A stretch of DNA of 64,000 nt from an uncultured Planctomycetia bacterium (GCA_964406665.1 CAYOSQ010000002.1:3598-67597), one strand, 5' to 3'; positions 35,504 to 45,679 are shown, counted from the first letter of the stretch. Notes: generated by a model from the sequence alone, not told the origin. A program made the numbers and translations.

Positions 35504-35868
35504 TTTGCTTCCTTTCTCGATGATTTTGTTGTAAATTTCATTTTTAGTTCATATGTGATGTTGTCGAGTAAGCTTGCTTCGTCCGAGCCAAGATTTCCTA
35601 AAGTCTTATCTTTAATCATATCCAGTGTATCTATAACAAACTTTGCCTGTGCAAGGCTTTCTTCTTTTTTTCCTGAAAAAGGATTTTCCATTTCACCTAA
35701 AGCTATTAAAGCTTGAAAGCTTAGACTTGAAATAAAAGTAACAAAATTTGCCTCAGGCGGTACAAAATTAGAGTTTTCAGCTTGTTCTTTTACTGGTTCT
35801 TGTTTTTGGTTGTCTACGTTAGATTTCCAGGATTCATCGACTTTTTTTTCTTTGTTAGTTTCTTCCAT
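35500..35868 (-). CDS. DUF1844 domain protein
   Basis: FVTFISSLSFQALIALGEMENPFSGKKEESLAQAKFVIDTLDMIKDKTLGNL. Confidence 0.55.
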   Translation of the reverse strand: MEETNKEKKVDESWKSNVDNQKQEPVKEQAENSNFVPPEANFVTFISSLSFQALIALGEMENPFSGKKEESLAQAKFVIDTLDMIKDKTLGNLGSDEASLLDNITYELKMKFTTKSSRKEAK

Positions 35869-35883
35869 TTCATCCTCTTTCTT

Positions 35884-36738
35884 TTAAGAAATAGTTATAC
35901 CAGCATATCCTACTACTTCGGAGAAATCACCGGTTGTATCTCCACTTGTTTGGTATTTTACGAGCTTAGCGTTCTTTGCCCCTAATTTGTTACACGCACT
36001 TATTACTATTGCAGCTGGAGCATATCCGCACATTGAAATACTGAGTTTTTCAACTGTGTTTAAAAGCTTCTCTTCGTCTAGCTCTAAAATAGCTTTGATT
36101 GCCTTGCTGTCTTTATCTTCTGTTTCTTTTTGAGGTTCGTAGTGAGTCATGTCAGAGCTAGCAATGATTAAGGTGCTGTTTTGTTTTTCTAGGCTATTCA
36201 TTGATTTTACTACAGAGTCTGCAATTTTTCTATAGATATCTAAGTTTTCAGAAAATACGGTAATTGGCACAAATTTAAAGGCTTTTTTTATATGCTGAAG
36301 GATTGGGAGCTGAACTTCTATAGAATGCTCAGAAGCGTGCGAACGGGGATCAACTTCCAATAATTCAGAGTTTTCTAATATGGTTTTTGCAAAGGCAGAA
36401 TCTATTTCAACTTTCCCCAAAGGTGTTTCCCATGAGCCTTCATCAACAATGCTCAAGCGTTTCCCTTCTCCTGTATGATTTGGCCCGAAAATTATGAAGG
36501 TGTCAATATCGTTTAAGTCGACGGCAGAAACAGTTTGCGTTGCTACTTTTCCGGAATACATGTATCCGGCATGAGGAAGAATCATGCCTTTAGCTTTTTC
36601 TTTCCTTATTTCTTTATCAACAAAACTTTCAATCTGTTCTTTTAGTTGAGATTTATCTGAACTATAAAATCTTCCCGAGACAATTGGTTTTCTAATCATT
36701 TTATTTATTAAATATTTTTGATAAGTATTTAACAGCAT
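35884..36738 (-). CDS. MEMO1-family protein (AmmeMemoRadiSam system protein B-like)
   Basis: ILPHAGYMYSG and FIIFGPNHTG motifs of the Memo/DUF52 family. Confidence 0.75.
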   Translation of the reverse strand: MLLNTYQKYLINKMIRKPIVSGRFYSSDKSQLKEQIESFVDKEIRKEKAKGMILPHAGYMYSGKVATQTVSAVDLNDIDTFIIFGPNHTGEGKRLSIVDEGSWETPLGKVEIDSAFAKTILENSELLEVDPRSHASEHSIEVQLPILQHIKKAFKFVPITVFSENLDIYRKIADSVVKSMNSLEKQNSTLIIASSDMTHYEPQKETEDKDSKAIKAILELDEEKLLNTVEKLSISMCGYAPAAIVISACNKLGAKNAKLVKYQTSGDTTGDFSEVVGYAGITIS

Positions 36739-37621
36739 TTGCTATGTCTTTTGCAGTTGCCGGATGATGTGCTTCGATAACTTTTGTGACATTAGTGTTT
36801 ATATATGGACTCAACATTTCAAAGTTAAAGTTTCCTTTAAGAGGAGCTCTGTGATCATCCGCATCTTCTATATCATGCAGATGAACCCCGATTAATTTAT
36901 TACCGTAATCTTTAAGATAATTTTCATGTTCGTCAAAACCCAAGTTTTCCCATAGTTGTCCGTGTCCTACATCGTGCCAATACTGAATATTTTTACCGTC
37001 GAACTTATCAAGTATAATCTTGAATTCATCAAAAGTCGGTATTTCCCTGAAGTAGTATCTGTTCTCAATGCCTAATAAAATGTTTTGTTCTATAGCATGT
37101 TCAGAAAGTGAATCGAAACTTTTTAAGACCTGGTCAAGATGTGGTCCAACCAATGATTTTCTTTCTTTTATCAGTTCTTCTTTTAGTGAACTATAATCCG
37201 GTGAATCTATTCCTTCATTTTCGAATATAGATATTAGTTCGTTAGTTCTATCCTTAATTTCTACCCTACCGCCGTGTATTACAACTGTTTTTGCACCAAG
37301 TTTTTTTGCAGTGTCTATGCTTTTTTTTGTAAGACGTACAGCTTCTTTTCTTTGATCGCTATCTAAAGATGCTAATGAAAAACAATCCGGCAGGGCAACT
37401 TTTCCTTCTAATCCGTCAGGTCTTGGACAAAAGTTGTGTACACTGACGATTTCTATATCGGAGTTTTTTCTAAAAGAATTAATTTCGTCTATGACTGAGT
37501 TGGTTAAGTTGAAGCTTAGCTCAAGTTTTTTGATACCAAGAGATAAGATTTCATCGCAGATTTTTCTTCCAGAATCATGTCGGAATGCATTCCAAGATGT
37601 TGATAAGGCTAAATCGTTCAT
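36701..37621 (-). CDS. Sugar phosphate isomerase/epimerase (xylose isomerase-like TIM barrel)
   Basis: AP_endonuc_2-like pattern with His/Asp/Glu metal ligands (VHLHDIED). Confidence 0.6.
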   Translation of the reverse strand: MNDLALSTSWNAFRHDSGRKICDEILSLGIKKLELSFNLTNSVIDEINSFRKNSDIEIVSVHNFCPRPDGLEGKVALPDCFSLASLDSDQRKEAVRLTKKSIDTAKKLGAKTVVIHGGRVEIKDRTNELISIFENEGIDSPDYSSLKEELIKERKSLVGPHLDQVLKSFDSLSEHAIEQNILLGIENRYYFREIPTFDEFKIILDKFDGKNIQYWHDVGHGQLWENLGFDEHENYLKDYGNKLIGVHLHDIEDADDHRAPLKGNFNFEMLSPYINTNVTKVIEAHHPATAKDIANAVKYLSKIFNK

Positions 37622-37675
37622 AGGGTTAAGTATTTTTTGAAGCAGTGTTTACTATAACACTTAAATGGGTTGATG

Positions 37676-38335
37676 TCAATTATCAACCTCAAAAGAAATG
37701 ATTACATTGAATGAAAGCTCTGGATATCCAAGGCTTTTTGGGAAAGAAGGAAACGGAGCAGAATCATTAATACTTTTTAATGCTGTATCGCGCAAGTAAG
37801 CATCGTTGGTTGACCTATCATCAAATATCTTAATGTCCTTTAAAGATCCATCAGAAGAAAGCACGAAAGATAAATATACCTCTCCCTCACCATAACGCAA
37901 ATAATTAACATAGGCAAAATTACGGATTCTTTCTCTTATGGTTTGGTAATAGCTTTTATAGGCAGGGCTTTTGATTTGAGAGTCGAGCTCCGGTATTACT
38001 ACTTTCTTTTCTTTAGCATCAGTATTTGCAGCAGCAGGTTTCTTTGAAACCTTGAAAGTTTTGCTTAGAAAGTCATTTTTTTTGAAAAATCGTTTAATCA
38101 AATTTTTTTTACTAGCAATAGAAAGTTCTTTATTGTCTTCAATAGCTTGCTTGCGGACTATTTCTTTTTCAGGGACAATCTTTGAACTTATTTGGAACTT
38201 TTGATACGTTATTTCAAGCTGATGGAGGGATTTGTTTAAGTCGCCCAGGTTAAATTTTGGCATAGTTGCAAATAGTACGCCGTGTAACATAAGGGAAACT
38301 AATAAAAATATTCTGAGGGTTTTATCGTAAAACAT
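37676..38335 (-). CDS. TonB family energy transducer (C-terminal TonB_C domain)
   Basis: N-terminal TM anchor, a Lys/Pro-poor linker, and a C-terminal YPxxAxxxGxEGxV-like region (VNYLRYGEGEVYLSFVLSSDGSLKDIKI...). Confidence 0.65.
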   Translation of the reverse strand: MFYDKTLRIFLLVSLMLHGVLFATMPKFNLGDLNKSLHQLEITYQKFQISSKIVPEKEIVRKQAIEDNKELSIASKKNLIKRFFKKNDFLSKTFKVSKKPAAANTDAKEKKVVIPELDSQIKSPAYKSYYQTIRERIRNFAYVNYLRYGEGEVYLSFVLSSDGSLKDIKIFDDRSTNDAYLRDTALKSINDSAPFPSFPKSLGYPELSFNVIISFEVDN

Positions 38336-38352
38336 TTTTGGGATTTAGTTGT

Positions 38353-38853
38353 TTAGAATTCAATGCCCTTTCTGGCTTTTATTTTTTTCTGATAAGGATG
38401 TTTTATTTCTTTCATTTCTGTAACATAATCTGCTAGAGCAATTAATTTTTTAGGAGCCCCTCTGCCAGTTAAGATGATTTCTGTTTTTCCAGCACTTTTT
38501 AATAGGTTGGCAACGTCCTGAGGATTAATAAGATTCAATTTTATCGCTACATTGATTTCATCTAAAATTACCATATCGAAGATTCGTTTTTTTAAAACAG
38601 CTTCAATCTTTTCTATTCCTTGTTGGGCAAGTTCGATATCTCTTGAACTCGACTTATTTTTTATAAAACAGCTTCTTCCAAACTGTTCAATTTTTATTTT
38701 TTTGTTCCGATTTAAAGATTTTATTTCACAATAGCATCCCTTTTTTACAAATTGGACAAAATAAATTTTCTTATTTGCGCCTAAAGCTCTCATCGCTAAT
38801 CCGATTGCTGCTGTTGTTTTCCCTTTTCCGTTTCCAGTATAGATATGTATCAT
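38353..38853 (-). CDS. cobO: Cob(I)yrinic acid a,c-diamide adenosyltransferase (CobA/CobO/BtuR)
   Basis: MIHIYTGNGKGKTTAAIGLAMRALG P-loop. Confidence 0.85.
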   Translation of the reverse strand: MIHIYTGNGKGKTTAAIGLAMRALGANKKIYFVQFVKKGCYCEIKSLNRNKKIKIEQFGRSCFIKNKSSSRDIELAQQGIEKIEAVLKKRIFDMVILDEINVAIKLNLINPQDVANLLKSAGKTEIILTGRGAPKKLIALADYVTEMKEIKHPYQKKIKARKGIEF

Positions 38854-38854
38854 T

Positions 38855-39334
38855 TTAGTGAGATTTTACAAATATGGGAAGATTGATTACACCAAAACAT
38901 ACTAGGCTAACTAGCACCCCTGCAGTTATCATTCCTATGGTTATGGCTATAAAAGCGTATCGGAATTTTATTTTAAATAGTAGGGCAGCAACACTACCTG
39001 TCCAAATTCCTGAACCAGGCAGCGGAATTGCCACAAATAAAGCAAGTCCAAGCGCTTCGTATTTTTGCACAAGAGAAGCCTTCTTTTTCGTTTTTTCAAA
39101 AAACCAATCAAAGAATTTTTTCCACAAGAAAAAATTCCTTAATTTATTTGAAACGGGTTCTAAGAAAATTAAAAGTGGAATGATAGGAATGAAGTTTCCT
39201 ATGATCGAAAGCAAAAATATTTTTGCAATTTGGTCTTGTCCCCAGAGATAGAATCCCAAGGGAATCGATGCCCTTAATTCAAATATCGGAGAAGCTGCCA
39301 GTCCTAAAACTTTTAACTCGTTAATTCCAACCAT
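38855..39334 (-). CDS. Small multidrug-export-like membrane protein (COG2426 / Sm_multidrug_ex)
   Basis: Four TM helices; PLPGSGIWTGS motif. Confidence 0.55.
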   Translation of the reverse strand: MVGINELKVLGLAASPIFELRASIPLGFYLWGQDQIAKIFLLSIIGNFIPIIPLLIFLEPVSNKLRNFFLWKKFFDWFFEKTKKKASLVQKYEALGLALFVAIPLPGSGIWTGSVAALLFKIKFRYAFIAITIGMITAGVLVSLVCFGVINLPIFVKSH

Positions 39335-39959
39335 GTTTACCTAATAGTGGGACGAAAACACATCCACAAATATTTTTTTCCATTATTTTACCTTGCTTTT
39401 TTTCAGTAATTTTCAAGACTTGTGAATAGTTGCTACCAACAGGTATTACCATTTTAGCATTGTTAGCTAGTTGATCAATAAGCGGCTTAGGGATTTCTGG
39501 TGAGCCTGCAGTAACGATTATTGCATTGAAAGGTTCCTGTTCTTTCCAGCCTAAGGTGCCATCGTCAATTTTCAGATGGATATTTTTATAGTGTAGATTT
39601 CCTAGGATCTGCACTGCTCTCTCTGCTAGGATTTTAATTCTTTCAATCGAATATACTTGATCACAAAGTTCAGCTAAAATTGCTGTTTGATATCCAGAAC
39701 CAGTTCCGATTTCCAAAACCTTTTCCCCTCCAGTTAGTTCTAAGCTTTGTGTCATAAGTGCAACAATATATGGTTGAGAGATAGTTTGTCCTTCACCGAT
39801 TGAAATGGGATGGTCATTATATGCATTTTTTTTATCTTTCTCCGGGACGAATTCGTGGCGAGACACTTTTCTAAACGCATCCAGAACTCGCGCATCATTT
39901 ATGCCTCTTTGCATAAGTTGTTCTTTGATCATTCGAGATTTTAGATTTTCGCAAACCAT
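39321..39959 (-). CDS. pcm: Protein-L-isoaspartate O-methyltransferase
   Basis: VLEIGTGSGYQTA SAM-binding motif; 212 aa. Confidence 0.9.
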   Translation of the reverse strand: MVCENLKSRMIKEQLMQRGINDARVLDAFRKVSRHEFVPEKDKKNAYNDHPISIGEGQTISQPYIVALMTQSLELTGGEKVLEIGTGSGYQTAILAELCDQVYSIERIKILAERAVQILGNLHYKNIHLKIDDGTLGWKEQEPFNAIIVTAGSPEIPKPLIDQLANNAKMVIPVGSNYSQVLKITEKKQGKIMEKNICGCVFVPLLGKHGWN

Positions 39960-40612
39960 GTTTTCCTGATTATAAATCTTAAAAATCGCAGAGTATCGAA
40001 AAGAGGATTTATTTTACTGGTTTGTCCCTGATAGATGCTTTTGATGGATACGGAATCGATTATGTAGCCTACCCTACTAGCTTCGATAAGAACCTCTGAT
40101 TCTATTTCGAATTTTTTTGAAATCAGCTTAATTTTCTTTAATACATTTATATCTATGTATCGATAGCCGCATTGACTATCTGGAATATTTTGTCTACTTA
40201 TTGATGATATAATCATAGACATAAAATTGTTTGTACACCATCTGATGAATGGCATATTTTCCGGTTTAATCATTCTGTTGCCTACTATAACGCCAGCTCC
40301 GGTTGCTTGAGCTTTTTCAATGAAGCTTGGGATGTTTGCAGGGTCGTGTTGGCCGTCGCCGTCTATCACGATGACTCCCGCGTAGTCCTTAGTCAAGATG
40401 TAATCAAACGCTTTTCTAAGGGCGAGGCCTTTGCCAAGATTTTTTTCATTTCTCAAAACTATTGCCCCGCTTTCTCTAGCTATTTCACTGGTTTTATCTG
40501 TAGAGCCGTCATCGATAACAATCGCATCTAGGTTTAGCTGCTTAATTTTTCTAACGAGTTCACCTATTCTCTCGGCCTCATTTTTTGAAGGAATTACAAC
40601 GCAAGTTTTCAT
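39941..40612 (-). CDS. GT2 family glycosyltransferase (polyprenol-phosphate glycosyltransferase-like)
   Basis: VVIPSKNE...IVIDDGSTD...DGD..H DXD-type GT-A motifs. Confidence 0.8.
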   Translation of the reverse strand: MKTCVVIPSKNEAERIGELVRKIKQLNLDAIVIDDGSTDKTSEIARESGAIVLRNEKNLGKGLALRKAFDYILTKDYAGVIVIDGDGQHDPANIPSFIEKAQATGAGVIVGNRMIKPENMPFIRWCTNNFMSMIISSISRQNIPDSQCGYRYIDINVLKKIKLISKKFEIESEVLIEASRVGYIIDSVSIKSIYQGQTSKINPLFDTLRFLRFIIRKTWFAKI

Positions 40613-41460
40613 GATTCTATCCAGAATTTTCTAAACATGGACCATTGTGTTGGGTACATCTTTATATATTTCTTAATGACTTCTAAGCATTTTTTCGCAT
40701 AAGGTATTAATGCTTCTTTGTCGGTTAAGTTTTCAGGTATTTCTATTGGTTTCTCAAAAACAAACCTATGGCGATCCCCTTTTTCTTGTATAACAAATGC
40801 CGGAATAATGGGAGATTTAGTTTTTGCTGCTATCATAACAGGTCCTTTGGGTATCATAGTTTTTTTACCGAAAAAGTCTGTGCTGAATCCAGTATTTGTA
40901 AAGTCTCTATCTCCCACAAGAGCTAAAAGTTGATTATCATTTAGTGCTTCGATAGCTTTTCTGGCAGCATTGCCTAAGGCAATGACATTAGCTCCGTAGC
41001 ACTCTCTTTGTTGATTAAATAGCTTATTCACGTGCTTATTTTTATGAGGTAGAGCAATCGCGGCAAAACGATACCCAAGCATACTTATAAGAACTCCTCC
41101 AAGTTCCCAGTTACCAAAATGAGCTGCTAGGATAATTGCACCTCGTTTTTTCTTTAGGGCATCATCGATATATTTGAGGCCGACAATTTTAACGTTTTTG
41201 GATACATATTCTTTATTAATAAGCGGCATTCTAAAAAAGCTCGTAAGGTATTTGGCAAAATTTCTAAAGACTTCTCTTGTTTCTGGCAAAACATTTTTTC
41301 TCTGAAGTATGACTTGAAGATTTTCCTTTACCGCCGTCCTATCTTTCTTGGATAAGTAGAACTGAATGTCAGCAAAAAAATATGCAACTGCATTCCTCAT
41401 TCTTAGCGGCAAATGCAAAGATAAAAACTGAGCAAATTTAAACAAAAAGTAATTAAACAT
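40609..41460 (-). CDS. Lipid A biosynthesis lauroyl/myristoyl acyltransferase family (LpxL/HtrB-like)
   Basis: LABLAT-family architecture; HFGNWE acyltransferase motif. Confidence 0.75.
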   Translation of the reverse strand: MFNYFLFKFAQFLSLHLPLRMRNAVAYFFADIQFYLSKKDRTAVKENLQVILQRKNVLPETREVFRNFAKYLTSFFRMPLINKEYVSKNVKIVGLKYIDDALKKKRGAIILAAHFGNWELGGVLISMLGYRFAAIALPHKNKHVNKLFNQQRECYGANVIALGNAARKAIEALNDNQLLALVGDRDFTNTGFSTDFFGKKTMIPKGPVMIAAKTKSPIIPAFVIQEKGDRHRFVFEKPIEIPENLTDKEALIPYAKKCLEVIKKYIKMYPTQWSMFRKFWIES

Positions 41461-42568
41461 TACTATTTAGAATTAGTTTGGCAACATCGAGTGCTGATTC
41501 AGGCTTTCTAATTTGCCGAATCTTAGACACCATTTCATTTATATAATTTTTGTTATCAAGAAGATTTTCCAAGGTGTGTAAAAGTTCATTTTCGTCGGTT
41601 GCATGCTTTGCTACTTCTTTTTTAAGTAAGTATCTCATATTATTAGTTTCTTGTCCAGGGATTGGCCGCATAATTATCAATGGTAGATTCTTTGCCAGAG
41701 CTTCGGAAGTAGTTAATCCTCCTGGTTTAGAAATTAAAATTGTAGATATTTCCATAATTTCATCGATGTTGCTAATAAATTCAAAAGCCAGCAACTTTTT
41801 ACTTAGACTCTTTTGTTTCTTTGCTAGCCATTTTAGAAGCTTCTTATTAATACCGGTGATAACTATAATCTGCATATTTCTACTGCTTTTATCCAGATGT
41901 CTAATAATCTTTTTTACAGGTCCTAAGCCATGGCCACCTCCCATAATTAATATAATCGGGGTGGAAAGGTTTAGTCCTAATTTTTGTGCAATCTCTTCTT
42001 TTTTGTGCTGAATGGTAAATTTTGGATGTATCGGTATCCCGAATAATTTAATTCTTTCTTCAGAAATTCCGTCTTTAATAAATCTTTTTTTAGTTTCTTC
42101 ACAAGCAACAACATAATAATCAACCTTATTGTAAATCCAGAAAGCATGACCGATAAAATCTGTCAAGATCGCAATCAATGGTATTTTGCAATCGTGAGAA
42201 TCTTTGTAATCAGAAACTAATCCACACGGGTAAGCTTGAGAGCAAACAATGGCATCGGGAGAGAATTTATTAATTAACTGGTCAATTTTCTCGAAGTTCT
42301 TTTTATGAATGGTGTTTTTTAGGTTTTGAGTTTTATTGAAAAATTTTGGATTATCGTATAGATAGCTCCAAATTTGAGGAATGCGTTTAATAACTTTCAT
42401 ATAAAGAAAATGAATAAGTTTTTCTGTTTTTGGACTTGTGTATTTAAAAGCATTGATGCTGAATGTTTTGATTTCAGGATTATATAACTTTAATGCCTGC
42501 TCAACTGCAGCAACAGCACTGTGGTGACCGGAAACTTCTGTAATATAGAGAAATAATACTCTTTTCAT
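41453..42568 (-). CDS. GT28 MGDG-synthase / UgtP-like diacylglycerol glycosyltransferase
   Basis: N-terminal MGDG_synth-like VLFLYITEVSGHHSAVAAV, TDFIGHAFWIY, and C-terminal Glyco_tran_28_C ILIMGGGHGLGPV. Confidence 0.7.
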   Translation of the reverse strand: MKRVLFLYITEVSGHHSAVAAVEQALKLYNPEIKTFSINAFKYTSPKTEKLIHFLYMKVIKRIPQIWSYLYDNPKFFNKTQNLKNTIHKKNFEKIDQLINKFSPDAIVCSQAYPCGLVSDYKDSHDCKIPLIAILTDFIGHAFWIYNKVDYYVVACEETKKRFIKDGISEERIKLFGIPIHPKFTIQHKKEEIAQKLGLNLSTPIILIMGGGHGLGPVKKIIRHLDKSSRNMQIIVITGINKKLLKWLAKKQKSLSKKLLAFEFISNIDEIMEISTILISKPGGLTTSEALAKNLPLIIMRPIPGQETNNMRYLLKKEVAKHATDENELLHTLENLLDNKNYINEMVSKIRQIRKPESALDVAKLILNSNV

Positions 42569-42598
42569 AAGCTTGTAATTATTTTAGTTATTTAATGC

Positions 42599-42829
42599 TT
42601 ATTCAATTATTGCAAGCACTTGACCAACCGTAACATCGTCTCCTTCTTGGATTTTTATTTCTTTCAAAACTCCGCTTGCAGGTGCTGGAAGATTAAAGGT
42701 TGCTTTATCTGTTGCAAGCTCAACTAAATCCGCCCCTTCTTTTACTTCTTGACCAGCAGAGCTATGCCAGTATGATACAGTTGCTTTTTCGATTCCTTCG
42801 CCTAACTCTGGTAACTTAACCTCAGGCAT
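42599..42829 (-). CDS. Standalone lipoyl-domain protein (76 aa)
   Basis: ELATDKATFNL motif with a putative lipoyl-lysine, as in E2 lipoyl domains. Confidence 0.7.
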   Translation of the reverse strand: MPEVKLPELGEGIEKATVSYWHSSAGQEVKEGADLVELATDKATFNLPAPASGVLKEIKIQEGDDVTVGQVLAIIE

Positions 42830-42841
42830 GCTTCCTCCTTT

Positions 42842-43549
42842 TTATTTAATGATACATAAATTAAAAAATTTAGCAAGTGTATCTATGAAAATTTGTTTAA
42901 CTTCTTTTGTTTCAATATTTCTTCCTATAATTTCTGACATGGATGTAATTTTAGTATCTAAGCCACATGGTTTAATCATTGAAAAGTAGCTAAGGTCGGT
43001 GTTTACGTTTAGAGCTAATCCATGGTAGGTAATCCAATTTCTTACAGAAATGCCTATTGAGGCTATCTTTTTTCTTTCAGCCCAAACCCCTGTGAGTGAA
43101 TTTTCTTTGCAGCCTTTTATGTTAAATCGAGAAAGAACATTTATGATTATATTTTCTAGCGTATATAGATACTTTTTTAAATCTTTCATTTTTAATGATT
43201 TTAGGTCTAGTATTGGATAGGCTACCAGCTGTCCGGGACCATGAAATGTTGTGTCTCCTCCTCTGTCAGAATTTACAAGTTGTATACCTTTTTTTAAAAT
43301 ATCATTTCTTGGAATGAGAACATTCTTTTTGTTGGCTAATCTACCAAGAGTAATTACCGGTAAATGTTCACAAAGTAAAATTGTATTTGTGGTTGCTTTG
43401 TTTTTAACTTGGTTAAGAATTTCTCTTTGTACTTTATATGAAGAAAGGTAATCAACAAGGCCTAGATCAATTACTTTACACTGTATTTGATTCGCGGGCG
43501 GCTTCGATGATTCCTTCAGACAGGGTTGGATGGGCAAAGATTGTATCAT
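42842..43549 (-). CDS. lipB: Lipoyl(octanoyl) transferase
   Basis: VIDLGLVDY..., TLGRL, K..HGLALNVNTDL motifs. N-terminal 74 nt overlap lpd. Confidence 0.8.
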   Translation of the reverse strand: MIQSLPIQPCLKESSKPPANQIQCKVIDLGLVDYLSSYKVQREILNQVKNKATTNTILLCEHLPVITLGRLANKKNVLIPRNDILKKGIQLVNSDRGGDTTFHGPGQLVAYPILDLKSLKMKDLKKYLYTLENIIINVLSRFNIKGCKENSLTGVWAERKKIASIGISVRNWITYHGLALNVNTDLSYFSMIKPCGLDTKITSMSEIIGRNIETKEVKQIFIDTLAKFFNLCIIK

Positions 43550-44780
43550 AAATCTTTTTTATGGTTAGTTTTTCTTTTACTGCCAAAGTAAGTATTGCAA
43601 TAAGCTCTGTAGCAACTGGTCCTAAGATAGAACCACCAAGAACTATAGAGGTATCAGCATCGTAAACTACTTTTATGTATCCTTCGGTCTCATCCAAAAT
43701 ATGAGCTTTTCCCAACGCTAAAAAGTTAAATTTGGAAACTTTTACATTGAAACCATTTTCTTTTGCGACGTCTTCAGTGAGTCCAACAGAACCTATCTCT
43801 GGTTCTGTAAAAATTGAATTAGGAACTGAAGAATAGTCTACTTTGATTCTTTTTCCAAGCATGTTTTCTACGGCAACAATTCCTTCATAAGAGGCAACGT
43901 GGGCAAGCAATAAGCCTCCAATGCAGTCACCAATTGCGTAAATATTTGCAATTTTTGTTTGCAAGTATTCATTAACAGGTATCGCGCCTCTTTCCTTCCT
44001 AATACCTATTTTTTCTAAATTTAGTTCATCAGAAGTTGGCTTTCTGCCAACGCAAACTAAAATTTTATCAAATTCATCCTTCTTGACGTCATCAACATTG
44101 GTTTTAGTTTGTACGCCTATGCCTCGTTTTTTAAAAACAACTTCAATTTTTTTAGATATTTCTTTATCTTCTAGTGGAAGGATTCTATCTAGTAGTTCAA
44201 CTATTGTAACTTTTGAACCCAGAGAGGAAAAAATGCTCGCAAATTCACAGCCAATAACTCCTCCGCCAACTATTAAAAGGTTTTTAGGAATAGAATCAAT
44301 TGTTAACAAGTCTTTGCTTGAAATAATTTTGCTGTGATCAAACTTTAGCTGAGGAAGTTCTACGGGTTGAGATCCAGTGGCAATGATAATATGCTTCGAT
44401 TCGATTACTTGATTTTCGACAAGAATTTTATTTGAATTTTCTAGAGTGGCTTTTCCTTGGATAAGATCTACGCCTTTATTTTTAAGTTGAAACTCTATTC
44501 CCTTCCTGAGTCGACTAACAACATCATGTTTTCTTTGTTGAATAGCCGAAAAATCCAGATCCTTGATTTCTGAATTAATCCCGAAGGTAGACGATTTTTT
44601 TATTAGGGATAAAATTTTTACTGAATTAACAAGCGATTTTGTAGGAATGCATCCTTGGTTGAGGCACACGCCGCCAAGTGCGGATTTTTCAATAAGGCAG
44701 ACGCTTAAGCCTTTTTTTCTTGCTTCTAAAGCAGCGGAAAATCCTGCCCATCCCGCCCCAATTATACAGATATCGTACAT
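43476..44780 (-). CDS. lpdA: Dihydrolipoyl dehydrogenase (E3)
   Basis: GGVCLNQGCIPTK redox disulfide; FAD/NAD Rossmann motifs; C-terminal HP dimerisation His. Confidence 0.9.
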   Translation of the reverse strand: MYDICIIGAGWAGFSAALEARKKGLSVCLIEKSALGGVCLNQGCIPTKSLVNSVKILSLIKKSSTFGINSEIKDLDFSAIQQRKHDVVSRLRKGIEFQLKNKGVDLIQGKATLENSNKILVENQVIESKHIIIATGSQPVELPQLKFDHSKIISSKDLLTIDSIPKNLLIVGGGVIGCEFASIFSSLGSKVTIVELLDRILPLEDKEISKKIEVVFKKRGIGVQTKTNVDDVKKDEFDKILVCVGRKPTSDELNLEKIGIRKERGAIPVNEYLQTKIANIYAIGDCIGGLLLAHVASYEGIVAVENMLGKRIKVDYSSVPNSIFTEPEIGSVGLTEDVAKENGFNVKVSKFNFLALGKAHILDETEGYIKVVYDADTSIVLGGSILGPVATELIAILTLAVKEKLTIKKIYDTIFAHPTLSEGIIEAARESNTV

Positions 44781-45679
44781 TTTTTAAGTTCTACAGCTGC
44801 TTGAATTAGGTTTTCTTTTTCTTTCTCGTCTAGTTCCAGCTCTATAATTTCTTCTATTCCATCTTTTCCGAGCTTAACAGGTACGCCAATAAAAACGTCA
44901 TTTATTCCATATTGACCGTTTAGTAAAACTGAAGCACCTTGTATGCTGCCATCGTTTTCCAGGATTGATTTAATCATGGTAAAAAGCGCTGCAGATGGTG
45001 CAAAATATGCACTTCCACTACCTAGGCATGAGACTATTTTTGCACCTCTTTGCACAGTTTGAGAAATTAGATTATCAATCTTTTCTTTTGTAAGCAATTC
45101 TGATACAGGTTTCCCGTCTACATAGCTAAAGCGCGGCAGGGGCATCATGTCTTTTCCATGAGTTGCGATTACAATGGCTTCCACAGTTGATGCTTTGACT
45201 TTCAGTTCTTGGGATATTAAATTAGCAAATCTAGCAGAATCTAAGCTTATTCCGAATCCAATGATTTTTTTAGGATTAAATCCTGTTTGAGCATGGAAAA
45301 ACGCAGTCATTAGATCAACCGGATTGGTAACAAGAATTGTGATAGGTTCGACAGGTAGTTCTTTTAGTTTGCTTGCAATATCTTTTATTATCGCGCCATT
45401 TTTTCTCAACAGGTCTTCTCTTGTCATCCCAGGTTTTCTAGGCAGACCAGCTGTAATAACAACAATATCTGAGTCTTTAGCAAGAGAAAAATCGTCGCCA
45501 AATTCGATTTTAGAATTAATTTTTTTTGCTGCGGCTGCATCTTGTAGATCAAGGCATTTGCCTTCAACGATATTCTTTGCAATATCTATTACAGCAATAT
45601 TTTGTATGTTAGCATCTGAAAGCCTAAGAGCTAAAGTACTGCCTACTTGTCCTGCGCCGATTACTGTAATTTTTGGCAT
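44762..45679 (-). CDS. mdh: Malate dehydrogenase (LDH-like)
   Basis: [13 protein letters not shown]...[16 protein letters not shown]... Arg in the substrate-specificity position (PRKPGMTR). Confidence 0.85.
   Translation of the reverse strand: MPKITVIGAGQVGSTLALRLSDANIQNIAVIDIAKNIVEGKCLDLQDAAAAKKINSKIEFGDDFSLAKDSDIVVITAGLPRKPGMTREDLLRKNGAIIKDIASKLKELPVEPITILVTNPVDLMTAFFHAQTGFNPKKIIGFGISLDSARFANLISQELKVKASTVEAIVIATHGKDMMPLPRFSYVDGKPVSELLTKEKIDNLISQTVQRGAKIVSCLGSGSAYFAPSAALFTMIKSILENDGSIQGASVLLNGQYGINDVFIGVPVKLGKDGIEEIIELELDEKEKENLIQAAVELKKCTISV

Noticed and set aside
37622-37675. Hairpin AGTGTT-tactat-AACACT between the TonB and isomerase genes
   Set aside because: No adjacent U-tract in the transcribed orientation; probably incidental.
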